Shown in pieces: positions 1-10,003 of a stretch of 64,000 nt of DNA. Source of the DNA: Lachnospiraceae bacterium (GTDB taxonomy: Bacteria; Bacillota; Clostridia; Lachnospirales; Lachnospiraceae). The position numbers and the translations under genes are program-made. Where the stretch lies: contig JAEENO010000049.1 in the NCBI GenBank assembly GCA_016283755.1, positions 3,342 to 67,341 of the forward strand, read 5' to 3'. The notes under the pieces are model-generated. The model ran no database searches and had not been told where the DNA came from. It worked only from the letters and a program-made list of their open reading frames with translations. How positions within the stretch are numbered: the stretch's first letter is position 1; every line of letters begins with the position of its first letter.

Positions 1-427
1 ATCCGATTGTATACTCTGTGCAAGGAACATCCAAATCAATTGTTCCCGGGATCCCGATAACCGGCATTCCGTGACGTGCAAGTGCCTGAGCACCTCTTAA
101 AGAACCGTCTCCACCGATCACAATAAGTCCGTCAATTCCATGCTTATGGCAAATCTGTACGGCACGCTCTACTGTCTCATCTTCTTCAAATTCAGGGCAG
201 CGTGCAGTCTGTAATATTGTACCGCCTCGTTGTATTGTCTCGGATACGGATCTTGCAGTCATCTCAATGAATTCTTCCTGTAAAAGGCCTGCATATCCTC
301 TCTTGATTCCTATAATTCTCTGCTGTCTGTAAAGTGCACGGCGTACAACCGCACGAATCGCTGCATTCATTCCCGGTGCATCTCCACCACTTGTTAAAAC
401 TCCGAAAGTATTAATTGTCTGTGCCAT
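1..427 (-). CDS. pfkA: 6-phosphofructokinase, N-terminal part (gene runs off the left edge)
   Basis: Not in the ORF track because it is truncated. The minus-strand ATG at 425-427 translates to MAQTINTFGVLTSGGDAPGMNAAIRAVVR..., which contains the ATP-PFK GGDAPGMNA signature. It lies directly downstream of dnaE. Confidence 0.85.
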   Translation of the reverse strand, partial: MAQTINTFGVLTSGGDAPGMNAAIRAVVRRALYRQQRIIGIKRGYAGLLQEEFIEMTARSVSETIQRGGTILQTARCPEFEEDETVERAVQICHKHGIDGLIVIGGDGSLRGAQALARHGMPVIGIPGTIDLDVPCTEYTIG

Positions 428-486
428 ATTATCTATTACCTCCACGGTGTATTAAAAACTAAAATAACAAATTTGGATTAATTTTA

Positions 487-3400
487 TTACATTTTACCCC
501 TGTTTGCAATGGACTTTTCAACAACTCTCACATTTTCTTCACCTAAAAATTCGGTAATTATGCCCAAAGTCCTTCCGTCAGCGCTTATAGACTTACTCTT
601 TTCAAGCCTTTTTACTGCTTTCTCTGCCTTAAGATAGATTACTATCTCGTCATTTCCGTCCGAGCTTTGAATAAGATTAAGAAGGTTATCGATTTTCTCA
701 TCGTACTCATTCTTATCTGCAAACTGAAGCCATACTTCCGAAGGAATACTGTCAAAGGAATAAGCTTTTTCCATAATAACCTTGGCATTCTTGTCTTCTT
801 CCGCATTTACATGTCCCACGATAAATACCTTCGCATCATCGGTAAGTATCTGCTGATACTTCTCGTAATCTCTCGGGAAGCATACAACTTCAACGGTTCC
901 GACAAGGTCCTCGACATTAAGGAATGCCATTACCTTATTGGTCTTCGTATACTTAATCGTACGGCCGACTATCATACCGCCGATAGTACAAGGCTCTCCG
1001 TCATAAACTTTTACCTCATTGGTCTCTTCATCAAGCATAAAGTCCGAAGTCTTATTCGTTATGTTCTTTTCCCACTTGGCCTGATATTCTTCCAATGGAT
1101 GTCCCGAGATATATACACCTAAGACGTCCTTCTCAAAAGCAAGATATGTAGCCTTATCATATTCCGCAACATCCGGGATATCCGTCTTAAAGGCTTCCTT
1201 CTCCTCTTCGCCGACAATATCGAATAATGACATCTGCCCTTCTAATGTATTCTTCTTATCAAGCGTAACCTTATCCGCTATCACGGGATATACCATCATC
1301 GCCTGTTTTCTGTTGATGTTAAGCGGTATAAACGCTCCTGCCTTGATAAAGTTCTCAATGGCTCTCTTATTGACTATTCCGTTACCGCAGCGCTTAATGA
1401 AGTCTTCTAATGACTTAAACGGGCCGTAGGCATCTCTGTTCGCACAGATTGCCTCGATAACCGGGCGTCCTATAGCTTTTATCGCAGATAAACTGTATCT
1501 TATCTTACCTTCATATACCGAGAAATCGCCGACTCCCAGGTTAATATCCGGCGCCATTACTTCGATTCCCATACGCTTACAGGTAAGGATATATTCCGCA
1601 ATCTTATCGGTATTACCGAGAACCGATGTCATAAGCGCAGCCATATATTCAACCGGATAATGATATTTAAGATATGCTGTCTGATAAGCAACTACGGCAT
1701 ATCCGGTGGAATGCGCTTTGTTAAAAGCATACTCCGCGAAGCTTACCATCTCGTCAAATATCCTGTTGGCGACATCTTCCGGAATTCCGCGCTTAACGGC
1801 TCCATCCACGCCCATCTCTTCATTGCCGTATACAAAGTACTTGCGCTCTGCTGCCATGACATCAGCCTTCTTCTTACTCATGGCTCGGCGCACAAGGTCC
1901 GAACGTCCCCAGGAATATCCCGCAATATCACGCACTATCTGCATAACCTGCTCCTGATATACTATACAGCCGTACGTATTACTCAAGATAGGCTCAAGCG
2001 CAGGCGATGTATATTTAACATCATCCTTATTGTTCTTACCCGCGATATAGTTAGGGATAAAGTCCATAGGACCCGGTCTGAAAAGCGCTATTCCCGCGAT
2101 AATATCGTCGAATGTCTGCGGCTTTAATTCCTTCATAAAGTTGGTCATTCCCTGACTTTCAAGCTGGAATATACCTTCGGTCTTACCCTGTGATATCATA
2201 TCGTAGACATTCTTATCATCAAACGGTATTTTATCAAGTTCTACATCTATTCCTCGGTTATTCTTAACATTCTTAATTGCATTCTGTATAACGGTTAAAG
2301 TTCTTAATCCCAAGAAATCCATCTTAAGAAGACCAAGTTCCTCTAACCTTGTCATCGTGTACTGCGTCGTAACAGGTCCGTCCGATGCGGTTCTCGATAG
2401 CGGAACAAATTCATCAACAGGGCGATCGCATATAACTACACCTGCCGCATGCATTGATGTATTTCTCGGTAAACCTTCAAGTCGCATCGCCATATCGATA
2501 AGCTTATGTATCGATTCATCCGATTGGTACATATTCATAAGCTCAGGATTGACATTAAGAGCTTTTTCAATGGTCATCTTAAGCTCATTCGGAATCTGTT
2601 TGGCAACAGAATCCACGAAAGCATAAGGAAGATCGAGCACACGGCCTACGTCACGAATGGCATTCTTCGCTGCCATCGTACCGAATGTAACAATCTGTGC
2701 AACGGAATCTTCGCCGTATACTCTCTTAACATAATCTATTACTTCCTGTCTTCTCTCAAAGCAGAAGTCAACGTCAATATCCGGCATGGTTACACGTTCC
2801 GGATTAAGGAAGCGCTCGAAGACAAGATTATACTTCAAAGGATCTATCTCCGTTATGCTTAATACGTAAGCTACAACGGAACCTGCCGCAGAACCTCGTC
2901 CCGGTCCTACCGCAATATCAACACTCTTTGCATATCTGATAAAATCCCAGACTATGAGGAAATAGTCTACATAGCCCATGGTCTTAATTGTATCAAGCTC
3001 AAACTCAAGCTGTGCTCTTGCTTTCTCCTTAGTCTCTCCTTCATACTTCTCGTTAAGGCCCTTGTAGCAAAGCTCATATAAGTATTCTTCACTCGTCTTA
3101 CCGTCAGGCACATGGAACTTCGGCAACTTCGTATGTCCGAATTCTATCTCCACGTTACAGCGCTCCGCAATTTTATGGGTATTCTCAACCGCTTCCATAG
3201 CATAAGGAAAAAGCGCCTTCATCTCATCTTCCGACTTAATGAAGTACTGTCCGCCCTCATAGCGCATTCTGTCCGTATCCGTAACCTTCTTACCTGTCTG
3301 CACGCAAAGAAGAATATCATGCGCTTCCGCATCATCAGCATTTGTATAATGCACGTCATTCGTACATACAAGCGGAATATCTAATTCCTTACTCATACGG

Positions 3401-3972
3401 ATGAGCTGAGTATTAACTTCACGCTGCTCCGGAATTCCGTGGTCCTGTAACTCTAAGAAAAAGTTCCCCTCACCGAAAACCTCAAGGTATTCTTTTACTG
3501 CTTTTATGCCTTCCTCGTAACCGTCTCGAAGTATGGTCTTCGGTATTCTTCCCGCAAGACATGCCGAAAGCGCGATAATTCCCTCATGGTACTCTTTTAA
3601 GACTTCCATATCGACACGCGGTCTATAGTAGAAGCCTTCGGTAAATCCCTTGGAAACAATCTTTACGAGATTCTCATATCCTTTGTTATTCTCCGCGAGT
3701 AATACAAGATGGAAGTATCTGTCTTCTCCCGCACCCGCTTCTCTGTCAAAGCGCGAACCCGGTGCGACATACACTTCCGAACCGATAATAGGATGTATAC
3801 CCTGTTTCTTCGCCTCAAGATAGAACTCTATACATCCGTACATTACACCATGATCGGTAATGGCAACGGAATCCATATTAAGCTCTTTAACTCTTTTGAT
3901 GCATTCCTTAACTTTGTTAGAGCCGTCAAGAAGGCTGTATTCCGTATGTACATGAAGATGTGTAAATGCCAT
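487..3972 (-). CDS. dnaE: DNA polymerase III alpha subunit (DnaE type)
   Basis: Uninterrupted 1161-aa ORF. It has the N-terminal PHP motif MAFTHLHVHTEYSLLDG and the length typical of DnaE. Confidence 0.95.
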   Translation of the reverse strand: MAFTHLHVHTEYSLLDGSNKVKECIKRVKELNMDSVAITDHGVMYGCIEFYLEAKKQGIHPIIGSEVYVAPGSRFDREAGAGEDRYFHLVLLAENNKGYENLVKIVSKGFTEGFYYRPRVDMEVLKEYHEGIIALSACLAGRIPKTILRDGYEEGIKAVKEYLEVFGEGNFFLELQDHGIPEQREVNTQLIRMSKELDIPLVCTNDVHYTNADDAEAHDILLCVQTGKKVTDTDRMRYEGGQYFIKSEDEMKALFPYAMEAVENTHKIAERCNVEIEFGHTKLPKFHVPDGKTSEEYLYELCYKGLNEKYEGETKEKARAQLEFELDTIKTMGYVDYFLIVWDFIRYAKSVDIAVGPGRGSAAGSVVAYVLSITEIDPLKYNLVFERFLNPERVTMPDIDVDFCFERRQEVIDYVKRVYGEDSVAQIVTFGTMAAKNAIRDVGRVLDLPYAFVDSVAKQIPNELKMTIEKALNVNPELMNMYQSDESIHKLIDMAMRLEGLPRNTSMHAAGVVICDRPVDEFVPLSRTASDGPVTTQYTMTRLEELGLLKMDFLGLRTLTVIQNAIKNVKNNRGIDVELDKIPFDDKNVYDMISQGKTEGIFQLESQGMTNFMKELKPQTFDDIIAGIALFRPGPMDFIPNYIAGKNNKDDVKYTSPALEPILSNTYGCIVYQEQVMQIVRDIAGYSWGRSDLVRRAMSKKKADVMAAERKYFVYGNEEMGVDGAVKRGIPEDVANRIFDEMVSFAEYAFNKAHSTGYAVVAYQTAYLKYHYPVEYMAALMTSVLGNTDKIAEYILTCKRMGIEVMAPDINLGVGDFSVYEGKIRYSLSAIKAIGRPVIEAICANRDAYGPFKSLEDFIKRCGNGIVNKRAIENFIKAGAFIPLNINRKQAMMVYPVIADKVTLDKKNTLEGQMSLFDIVGEEEKEAFKTDIPDVAEYDKATYLAFEKDVLGVYISGHPLEEYQAKWEKNITNKTSDFMLDEETNEVKVYDGEPCTIGGMIVGRTIKYTKTNKVMAFLNVEDLVGTVEVVCFPRDYEKYQQILTDDAKVFIVGHVNAEEDKNAKVIMEKAYSFDSIPSEVWLQFADKNEYDEKIDNLLNLIQSSDGNDEIVIYLKAEKAVKRLEKSKSISADGRTLGIITEFLGEENVRVVEKSIANRGKM

Positions 3973-4042
3973 TAAACCGTACCGTCCTTAGATTCTTACA
4001 GTGATTCTTCGAGTTATCGTTCGAAAGTAAAACCATACGATT

Positions 4043-4071
4043 ATTATAACATATAAAACCCCTTATTTAAA
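4043..4071 (-). promoter_or_regulatory. putative sigma-A promoter of dnaE (extended -10)
   Basis: On the minus strand: TTTAAA (4066-4071), a 17-nt spacer ending in TGt, then TATAAT (4043-4048). Confidence 0.5.
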
Positions 4072-4094
4072 TCTTACATTCCTTGTGCTATAAT
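4066..4094 (+). promoter_or_regulatory. putative sigma-A promoter of the CPBP protease gene (extended -10)
   Basis: On the plus strand: TTTAAA (4066-4071), a 17-nt spacer ending in TGc, then TATAAT (4089-4094). The ATG is at 4127, preceded by AAGAGG. Confidence 0.5.
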
Positions 4095-4126
4095 AAATTG
4101 ATTAAACTTTTTTAAGAGGTATAATT

Positions 4127-5008
4127 ATGAATTTCTTACGAAAGCTTGGAAATGTGGCAATGGGATTCATTGCCCTTACAGTCAGCGTTTTATTACAGTT
4201 TATTCTATATATCCCTGCATATTTATATTATGTTACCTATCACAATATTCAGAGCCTTACAGGTAACGCAGATCTTCTGACCCTCATAAGCAATATGATT
4301 TCAACGATGTTCAACATGAATCTTATCGTATATGCCACCGTTATCTGGGGAATCTGCGGTATCTTCGTATTTTACCTGTGGTACAGGCGAGTATCCGCCA
4401 ATACTCCTAAGATTTCCTTTAAGAGAGATTTATCCGTATATACCATATTCGGAATCATTCTTATCTCTTTGGGCTCACAGCTTTTTGTAAACTATATATG
4501 CAATATATTAAGTACCGTTTTCGTCGACGAATTTACCCGGTTTGCGAATCTTTTCGATACAAGCTCATTATCACCTATAGCGACTTATATAATGCTCTTC
4601 TACGGCATTTTTATCGCTCCTGTACATGAAGAGATTCTCTTCCGCGGTGTTATAATGCACTACATGCGAAAAGGCTGCCCGTTTATACTTGCGAATATCT
4701 TACAGGCAGCGCTTTTCGGATTACTCCATATGAACATAGTGCAAGGCACTTACGCATTCATTATAGGACTTTTATTGGGATACATATTCAAGATATCCAA
4801 GAACTTAACCTCAACAATAATAATACATGTTATCTTCAACATAATAGGTTCGTTCCCGATACTTAAGGTTCTTCCTGAGAACAATATTTCTCTTAACCTT
4901 ACGGTATCATTTATCGGAGTCATAATTCTTATCTTGGGATATGTAATCTATAACTACTACATCAAGGAACGAAACTTGCGATTATCTTTTAGCGAAAGCG
5001 ATAAATAA
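4127..5008 (+). CDS. CPBP-family intramembrane glutamic endopeptidase (CAAX protease-like)
   Basis: 293-aa polytopic membrane ORF with the CPBP motifs EEILFRG, FGLLH and HVIFN. Confidence 0.8.
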   Translation: MNFLRKLGNVAMGFIALTVSVLLQFILYIPAYLYYVTYHNIQSLTGNADLLTLISNMISTMFNMNLIVYATVIWGICGIFVFYLWYRRVSANTPKISFKRDLSVYTIFGIILISLGSQLFVNYICNILSTVFVDEFTRFANLFDTSSLSPIATYIMLFYGIFIAPVHEEILFRGVIMHYMRKGCPFILANILQAALFGLLHMNIVQGTYAFIIGLLLGYIFKISKNLTSTIIIHVIFNIIGSFPILKVLPENNISLNLTVSFIGVIILILGYVIYNYYIKERNLRLSFSESDK

Positions 5009-5021
5009 TTGCATTATCTAA

Positions 5022-5049
5022 GGCCCGTCAATGACGGGCCTTAATTTTA
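5022..5049. terminator. bidirectional intrinsic terminator between convergent genes
   Basis: GGCCCGTCA/TGACGGGCC hairpin (5022-5040) followed by TTAATTTTA. It sits between the CPBP stop and the adenine deaminase stop. Confidence 0.7.
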
Positions 5050-5062
5050 TACACTGTTCAAA

Positions 5063-6757
5063 TTAAACAAAATCCCACTTTACCACATCGAATACACCTC
5101 TCGGCGTACATCTTATCTTCGGTATTACAGGAAGTGCCATAAAGCTTAATGTTATAAACGGGTCCATATTCTTATCGATTCCCATCTTATAAGCCTTCGC
5201 TTTCATCTTCTTAACCTTGTTGCTTACATAAGAAAAGCTCTTATCGGAGATAAGTCCCATAATCGGTAATGGCAGTGTATCATACACCTTACCGTTCTCC
5301 ACTATGGTATATCCACCGTGAACACGCTTTAATTCATTAACTGCAAGCAATATATCACTATCGTTATCACCTATTACGATGATATTATGACTGTCATGAG
5401 ATACTGACGATGCAATCGCACCGTTTCTAATCGGGAATCCCATAACCGCGCCTACACCGATCTTACCCGTTGCGTGATGACGCTCAAATACGGCGATCTT
5501 ATTAATTCTTCCGTCCGGTGTAAAGAACTTTTCACCCGGAAGAATCTCATCTCTTCTTTCGGTAAGGATCTCACCCGGAATCATTTCGATTACAGGATAC
5601 GGCTTCTTATCAAGCTTAATCTTAAGCTTATCCTCATCAATCTTACCCAAATGTATCGTATTGGTAAGGCTTTTCGGACACGCTTTCGGCTTAACGTCGA
5701 GCATGTCGTTAATAAGCTTACCCTTATAGAATACCATCTTAGCATTGAAATTCTTCAAGGAATCCCATACTACAAGGTCCGCATCAAACCCCGGGGCAAC
5801 AGCACCGGTTCTTCTTAAACCGTAACACTTTGCAGGCTGAATTGTCGCCATCTTAACAGCTGCAATAGGGCTTATACCCATGCTGACTGCTTTTCTGACA
5901 TTATGATCGATGTCACCTTCAATGATGATATCCTCTATATGCTTATCATCGGTGCAGAAGCAGAATCCTTCGGTATTGGTATTGTTCTCAACTATACCCT
6001 TTACGATATTCTCAAGGTTTCTTGCCGCACTTCCCTCTCTGATAAGACAGGTCATACCCATCTTACGCTCTTTCATTACATATTCGTACGATGTTCCTTC
6101 GTGGTCCGTAGTAACACCCGCCATAACGTATGCAGCCAGCTGTTCATCCGGAAGATTCGGCGCGTGTCCGTCTTTAACCTTACCGTCAAAAAGCTCAAGC
6201 TTGGCATTCATCTCGGGGTCTCCGTCGATTACCGCCATGCAGTCCATTACTTCGCCAAGTCCAAGAACTCTTCTGTTCTTAAGATACTTCTTCATCTGGG
6301 CTGCGGAAAGCTTATAACCGTTATCATCTATCGCTGTTGCAGGTACACATGAAGCTATCATAACATACACATGTGCAGGCGAATCGTTAGTCTCACGAAG
6401 AAGATAATCAATTCCCGCAGTACCCGATACATTGGCTGCTTCGTGCGGATCCACTATGAATGTAGTGGTTCCGTGCTTAGCAGCAGCCGCAATAAGTACC
6501 TGCGGATTAACCATCGTTGACTCAAGATGAAGATGAGCATTGATGAATCCGCTGGTAAGATAGCCGCCCTTAACATCAATCTCTTCCTTACCGGTATAAT
6601 CGCCGATTCCGACAATCATACCGTTTTTAATCGCAACATTGCCCTCCTCTACCCTGTCGGTAAAGACATTGACAATCTTTGCATTTTTTAAGACGAGATC
6701 TGCAGGCTCTAATTTTCTTGCTGCACGTGCACAACCTATGTATTTATTAAGCTCCAT
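5063..6757 (-). CDS. ade: adenine deaminase
   Basis: 564-aa ORF with the amidohydrolase metal motif GFINAHLHLES. Length is typical of AdeC-type adenine deaminase. Confidence 0.85.
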   Translation of the reverse strand: MELNKYIGCARAARKLEPADLVLKNAKIVNVFTDRVEEGNVAIKNGMIVGIGDYTGKEEIDVKGGYLTSGFINAHLHLESTMVNPQVLIAAAAKHGTTTFIVDPHEAANVSGTAGIDYLLRETNDSPAHVYVMIASCVPATAIDDNGYKLSAAQMKKYLKNRRVLGLGEVMDCMAVIDGDPEMNAKLELFDGKVKDGHAPNLPDEQLAAYVMAGVTTDHEGTSYEYVMKERKMGMTCLIREGSAARNLENIVKGIVENNTNTEGFCFCTDDKHIEDIIIEGDIDHNVRKAVSMGISPIAAVKMATIQPAKCYGLRRTGAVAPGFDADLVVWDSLKNFNAKMVFYKGKLINDMLDVKPKACPKSLTNTIHLGKIDEDKLKIKLDKKPYPVIEMIPGEILTERRDEILPGEKFFTPDGRINKIAVFERHHATGKIGVGAVMGFPIRNGAIASSVSHDSHNIIVIGDNDSDILLAVNELKRVHGGYTIVENGKVYDTLPLPIMGLISDKSFSYVSNKVKKMKAKAYKMGIDKNMDPFITLSFMALPVIPKIRCTPRGVFDVVKWDFV

Positions 6758-6772
6758 ATATTTTACCCGTAA

Positions 6773-9700
6773 TTATCGCAAAACCGAAAGAGTTACATCT
6801 TCTCCGTTGATCTTCCATTCCTTAACGGAGCCTTCCAACTTATCCTTGGTGATATCAAGTCCCAACACATCGGACTTAATAGCATCACCGTACTTATTGA
6901 AGATATAATCTATCTTGCCTTCTGCCTTATATCCGATATGAATCTTATCCATAACTTCAAAGTCGGCATCCTTACGCATTGTCTGAATCTTGCTTATAAT
7001 CTCACGTACAAATCCTTCATCAAGGAGCTCTTCGGTTAGGTTGCAATCAAGTACAACAGTACATGTATTGTCACTTTCCGTCTGATATCCTTCCATCTGA
7101 GTCATTGTAATCAAAAGATCTTCTTCGGCAAGCTCTGCTTCTCCGTCGCATAACTTAATTACGCCGGTTGAACGAAGCTCTGCCATAGCCTTATTACCGT
7201 CAAGCTCTTTTAGCTCATTCTGGATTCTTCCGAGTAACTTACCATACTTAGGACCTACCGTCTTAAGCTGCGGCTTAAAGGTATAATCCGTATATTCACT
7301 TACATCATCGGCAAATACAACTTCCTTAACATTAAGCTCTTCTGCGATGATATCCACAAAGAACTCAGAAAGCTTATGCTCAACCTTAACATACATCTTG
7401 CCGATCGGCTGACGATTCTTAATATTGGCTGCATTTCTTGCTGCACGTCCCATAACTACTACCTTAAGGACTTCATCCATATTAGCTTCAAGTTCAGGAT
7501 CGATCATTGATTCATTTGCAACCGGGAAGTCACATAAATGAACCGAAATCGGAGCATTACTGTCAATTGAACATACAAGGTTTCTGTAAATCTGTTCTGC
7601 CATAAAAGGAATCATTGGTGCGGATAACTTACATACCGTTACAAGTGCTTCATACAATGTCATGTAAGCATTGATCTTATCCTGCTCCATTCCGTTAGCC
7701 CAATATCTCTCACGGGAACGACGAACGTACCAGTTACTTAAATCATCAACAAACTCCTGTAAAGCTCTTCCTGTCTCCGGGATCTTGTAATTGGCAAGAT
7801 CGTCGTCAACTGTCTTGATAAGAGTATTAAGCTTGGATAATAACCACTTATCCATTACAGGAAGCTTGTCATATTCCAATCTATACTTAGTCGCATCAAA
7901 CTTATCGATATTTGCATAAAGAACGAAAAATGCATAGGTATTCCACAAGGTTCCCATGAACTTTCTCTGACCTTCAGCAACCGCATCACCGTGGAATCTA
8001 TTCGGAAGCCACGGAGCTGAATTGACATAGAAATACCATCTGATTGCATCTGCACCGTACTTTTCAAGCGCTTCAAAAGGATCTACAGCATTGCCCTTAC
8101 TCTTACTCATCTTCTGGCCGTTCTCATCCTGAACGTGACCTAAAACGATTACATTCTCGTATGGTGCTTTATCAAAGAGCAATGTAGACTCTGCCATAAG
8201 TGAATGGAACCATCCACGTGTCTGGTCTACAGCCTCTGAAATAAACTGTGCCGGGAACTGCTGTTCAAATAAATCTTTATTCTCGAAAGGATAATGATGC
8301 TGTGCAAAAGGCATAGCACCCGAATCAAACCAGCAGTCGATAACCTCTGGTACGCGATGCATTTCCTTACCGCAGTCAGGGCACTTTAAGGTAACTTCAT
8401 CAATAAACGGACGATGAAGTTCTACCTTCTTATGCTCCGGATTGCCACTCTTTTCAGCCAGTTCTTCTCTTGAACCGATGCACTCCTTATGACCGCAGTC
8501 ACACTCCCAGATATTAAGAGGAGTACCCCAGTATCTGTTACGTGAAATTGCCCAGTCCTGAATATTCTCAAGCCAGTTACCGAATCTTCCGGAACCTATA
8601 GAATCCGGAATCCAGTTAACAGTATTATTATTCTTAATTAAATTATCTCTTACGGCAGTTTCCTTAATGTACCATGACTCACGCGCATAGTAGATAAGCG
8701 GGCGATCGCATCTCCAGCAATGAGGATACTCATGCTCGAAGTTAGGTGCATCGAATAACTGCTTTCTCTCATCAAGGTCCTTAAGGATAACCTTATCGGC
8801 ATCCTTAACCCACATTCCGGCATATGGTGTCTCTTCTGTCATCTCACCCTTACCGTTAACGAACTGAACGAACGGAAGGTCATACTTCTTACCAACCTTA
8901 TTATCATCCTCACCGAATGCAGGTGCGATATGTACGATACCGGTACCATCTGACATAGTAACGTATGAATCACAGGTTACAAAGAAAGCTTTCTTGCCCT
9001 GCTTATCAGATACCTTCTTCGCACATTCGAATAACGGTTCATATTCCTTATATTCAAGGTCTGTACCCTTAAATGTCGAAAGTACTTCATAAGCCTTGGT
9101 CTCTTCATTGCCCAGCTTACCGAGAACTGTGTCAAGTAAAGGCTCTGCCATATAATATGTGAAGCCGTCGGCTGCTTTTACCTTAACATATGTATCATCC
9201 GGATTAACGCAAAGTGCAACGTTACTAGGAAGTGTCCAAGGTGTTGTCGTCCATACGAGGAAGTATGCATCTTCACCCGCCACCTTAAAGCGTGCAATAG
9301 CAGAACGCTCTTTTACAAGCTTATAGCCCTGGGAGACTTCAGCTGTTGAAAGCGGGGTTCCGCAACGAGGACAATAAGGCACAATCTTAAAGCCCTTGTA
9401 AAGAAGGCCTTTGTTCCAGATTTCCTTTAACGCCCACCACTCGGACTCAATATAATTATTATCATATGTAATATAAGGGTTGTCCATATCGCACCAGTAT
9501 CCTACAGTGCCGGAGAAGTCTTCCCACATTCCCTTATATTTCCATACGGATTCCTTGCACTCTTTAATGAATGGTTCAAGGCCGTAGCTTTCTATCTGAT
9601 CCTTGCCGTCTATTCCGAGCTTTTTCTCGACTTCGATCTCAACAGGAAGACCGTGTGTATCCCATCCTGCCTTTCTCGGAACATACTTGCCCTTCATGGT

Positions 9701-9931
9701 CTGATATCGCGGAATCATATCCTTAATAACTCTTGTAAGAACATGTCCTATATGAGGCTTTCCGTTCGCAGTAGGCGGTCCGTCGTAGAAAGTATACACT
9801 TCACCGTTACGGCGCTGCTCCATACTCTTTTTAAATATATCCTGCTCTTTCCAGAAATCCTCAATTTCCTTCTCTCTTGCCACGAAATTAAGATCTGTAG
9901 GCACTTTCTTATACAAATCCTTGTTCTCCAT
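6773..9931 (-). CDS. ileS: isoleucine--tRNA ligase, type 2 (long, Thermus/eukaryote-like form)
   Basis: 1052-aa ORF with class I motifs FYDGPPTANGKPHIGH and KMSKSKGN. The length and the PPTANG form point to type 2. Confidence 0.93.
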   Translation of the reverse strand: MENKDLYKKVPTDLNFVAREKEIEDFWKEQDIFKKSMEQRRNGEVYTFYDGPPTANGKPHIGHVLTRVIKDMIPRYQTMKGKYVPRKAGWDTHGLPVEIEVEKKLGIDGKDQIESYGLEPFIKECKESVWKYKGMWEDFSGTVGYWCDMDNPYITYDNNYIESEWWALKEIWNKGLLYKGFKIVPYCPRCGTPLSTAEVSQGYKLVKERSAIARFKVAGEDAYFLVWTTTPWTLPSNVALCVNPDDTYVKVKAADGFTYYMAEPLLDTVLGKLGNEETKAYEVLSTFKGTDLEYKEYEPLFECAKKVSDKQGKKAFFVTCDSYVTMSDGTGIVHIAPAFGEDDNKVGKKYDLPFVQFVNGKGEMTEETPYAGMWVKDADKVILKDLDERKQLFDAPNFEHEYPHCWRCDRPLIYYARESWYIKETAVRDNLIKNNNTVNWIPDSIGSGRFGNWLENIQDWAISRNRYWGTPLNIWECDCGHKECIGSREELAEKSGNPEHKKVELHRPFIDEVTLKCPDCGKEMHRVPEVIDCWFDSGAMPFAQHHYPFENKDLFEQQFPAQFISEAVDQTRGWFHSLMAESTLLFDKAPYENVIVLGHVQDENGQKMSKSKGNAVDPFEALEKYGADAIRWYFYVNSAPWLPNRFHGDAVAEGQRKFMGTLWNTYAFFVLYANIDKFDATKYRLEYDKLPVMDKWLLSKLNTLIKTVDDDLANYKIPETGRALQEFVDDLSNWYVRRSRERYWANGMEQDKINAYMTLYEALVTVCKLSAPMIPFMAEQIYRNLVCSIDSNAPISVHLCDFPVANESMIDPELEANMDEVLKVVVMGRAARNAANIKNRQPIGKMYVKVEHKLSEFFVDIIAEELNVKEVVFADDVSEYTDYTFKPQLKTVGPKYGKLLGRIQNELKELDGNKAMAELRSTGVIKLCDGEAELAEEDLLITMTQMEGYQTESDNTCTVVLDCNLTEELLDEGFVREIISKIQTMRKDADFEVMDKIHIGYKAEGKIDYIFNKYGDAIKSDVLGLDITKDKLEGSVKEWKINGEDVTLSVLR

Positions 9932-9968
9932 TCTCTATGTGTCTCCTATTTATAATTCTTAAGAATCG

Positions 9969-9997
9969 ATAATACTGAAATATCCATACTTTGTCAA
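9969..9997 (-). promoter_or_regulatory. sigma-A consensus promoter of ileS
   Basis: On the minus strand: TTGACA (9992-9997), a 17-nt spacer, then TATTAT (9969-9974). This leaves only about 30 nt of leader before the ATG at 9931. Confidence 0.65.
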
Positions 9998-10003
9998 GTA
10001 GGG

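Noticed and set aside
667-3975. Several 80-155-aa plus-strand ORFs inside dnaE (and similar ones inside ileS, purL, polA, ade)
   Set aside because: All are nested antisense in long, clearly real genes. They have no RBS and unrecognisable low-complexity products.
9932-10003. T-box leader upstream of ileS (and of cysS at 43931-44007)
   Set aside because: The intergenic gaps are only about 70-77 nt and are largely taken up by promoter and RBS. No specifier-loop or T-box sequence is visible.
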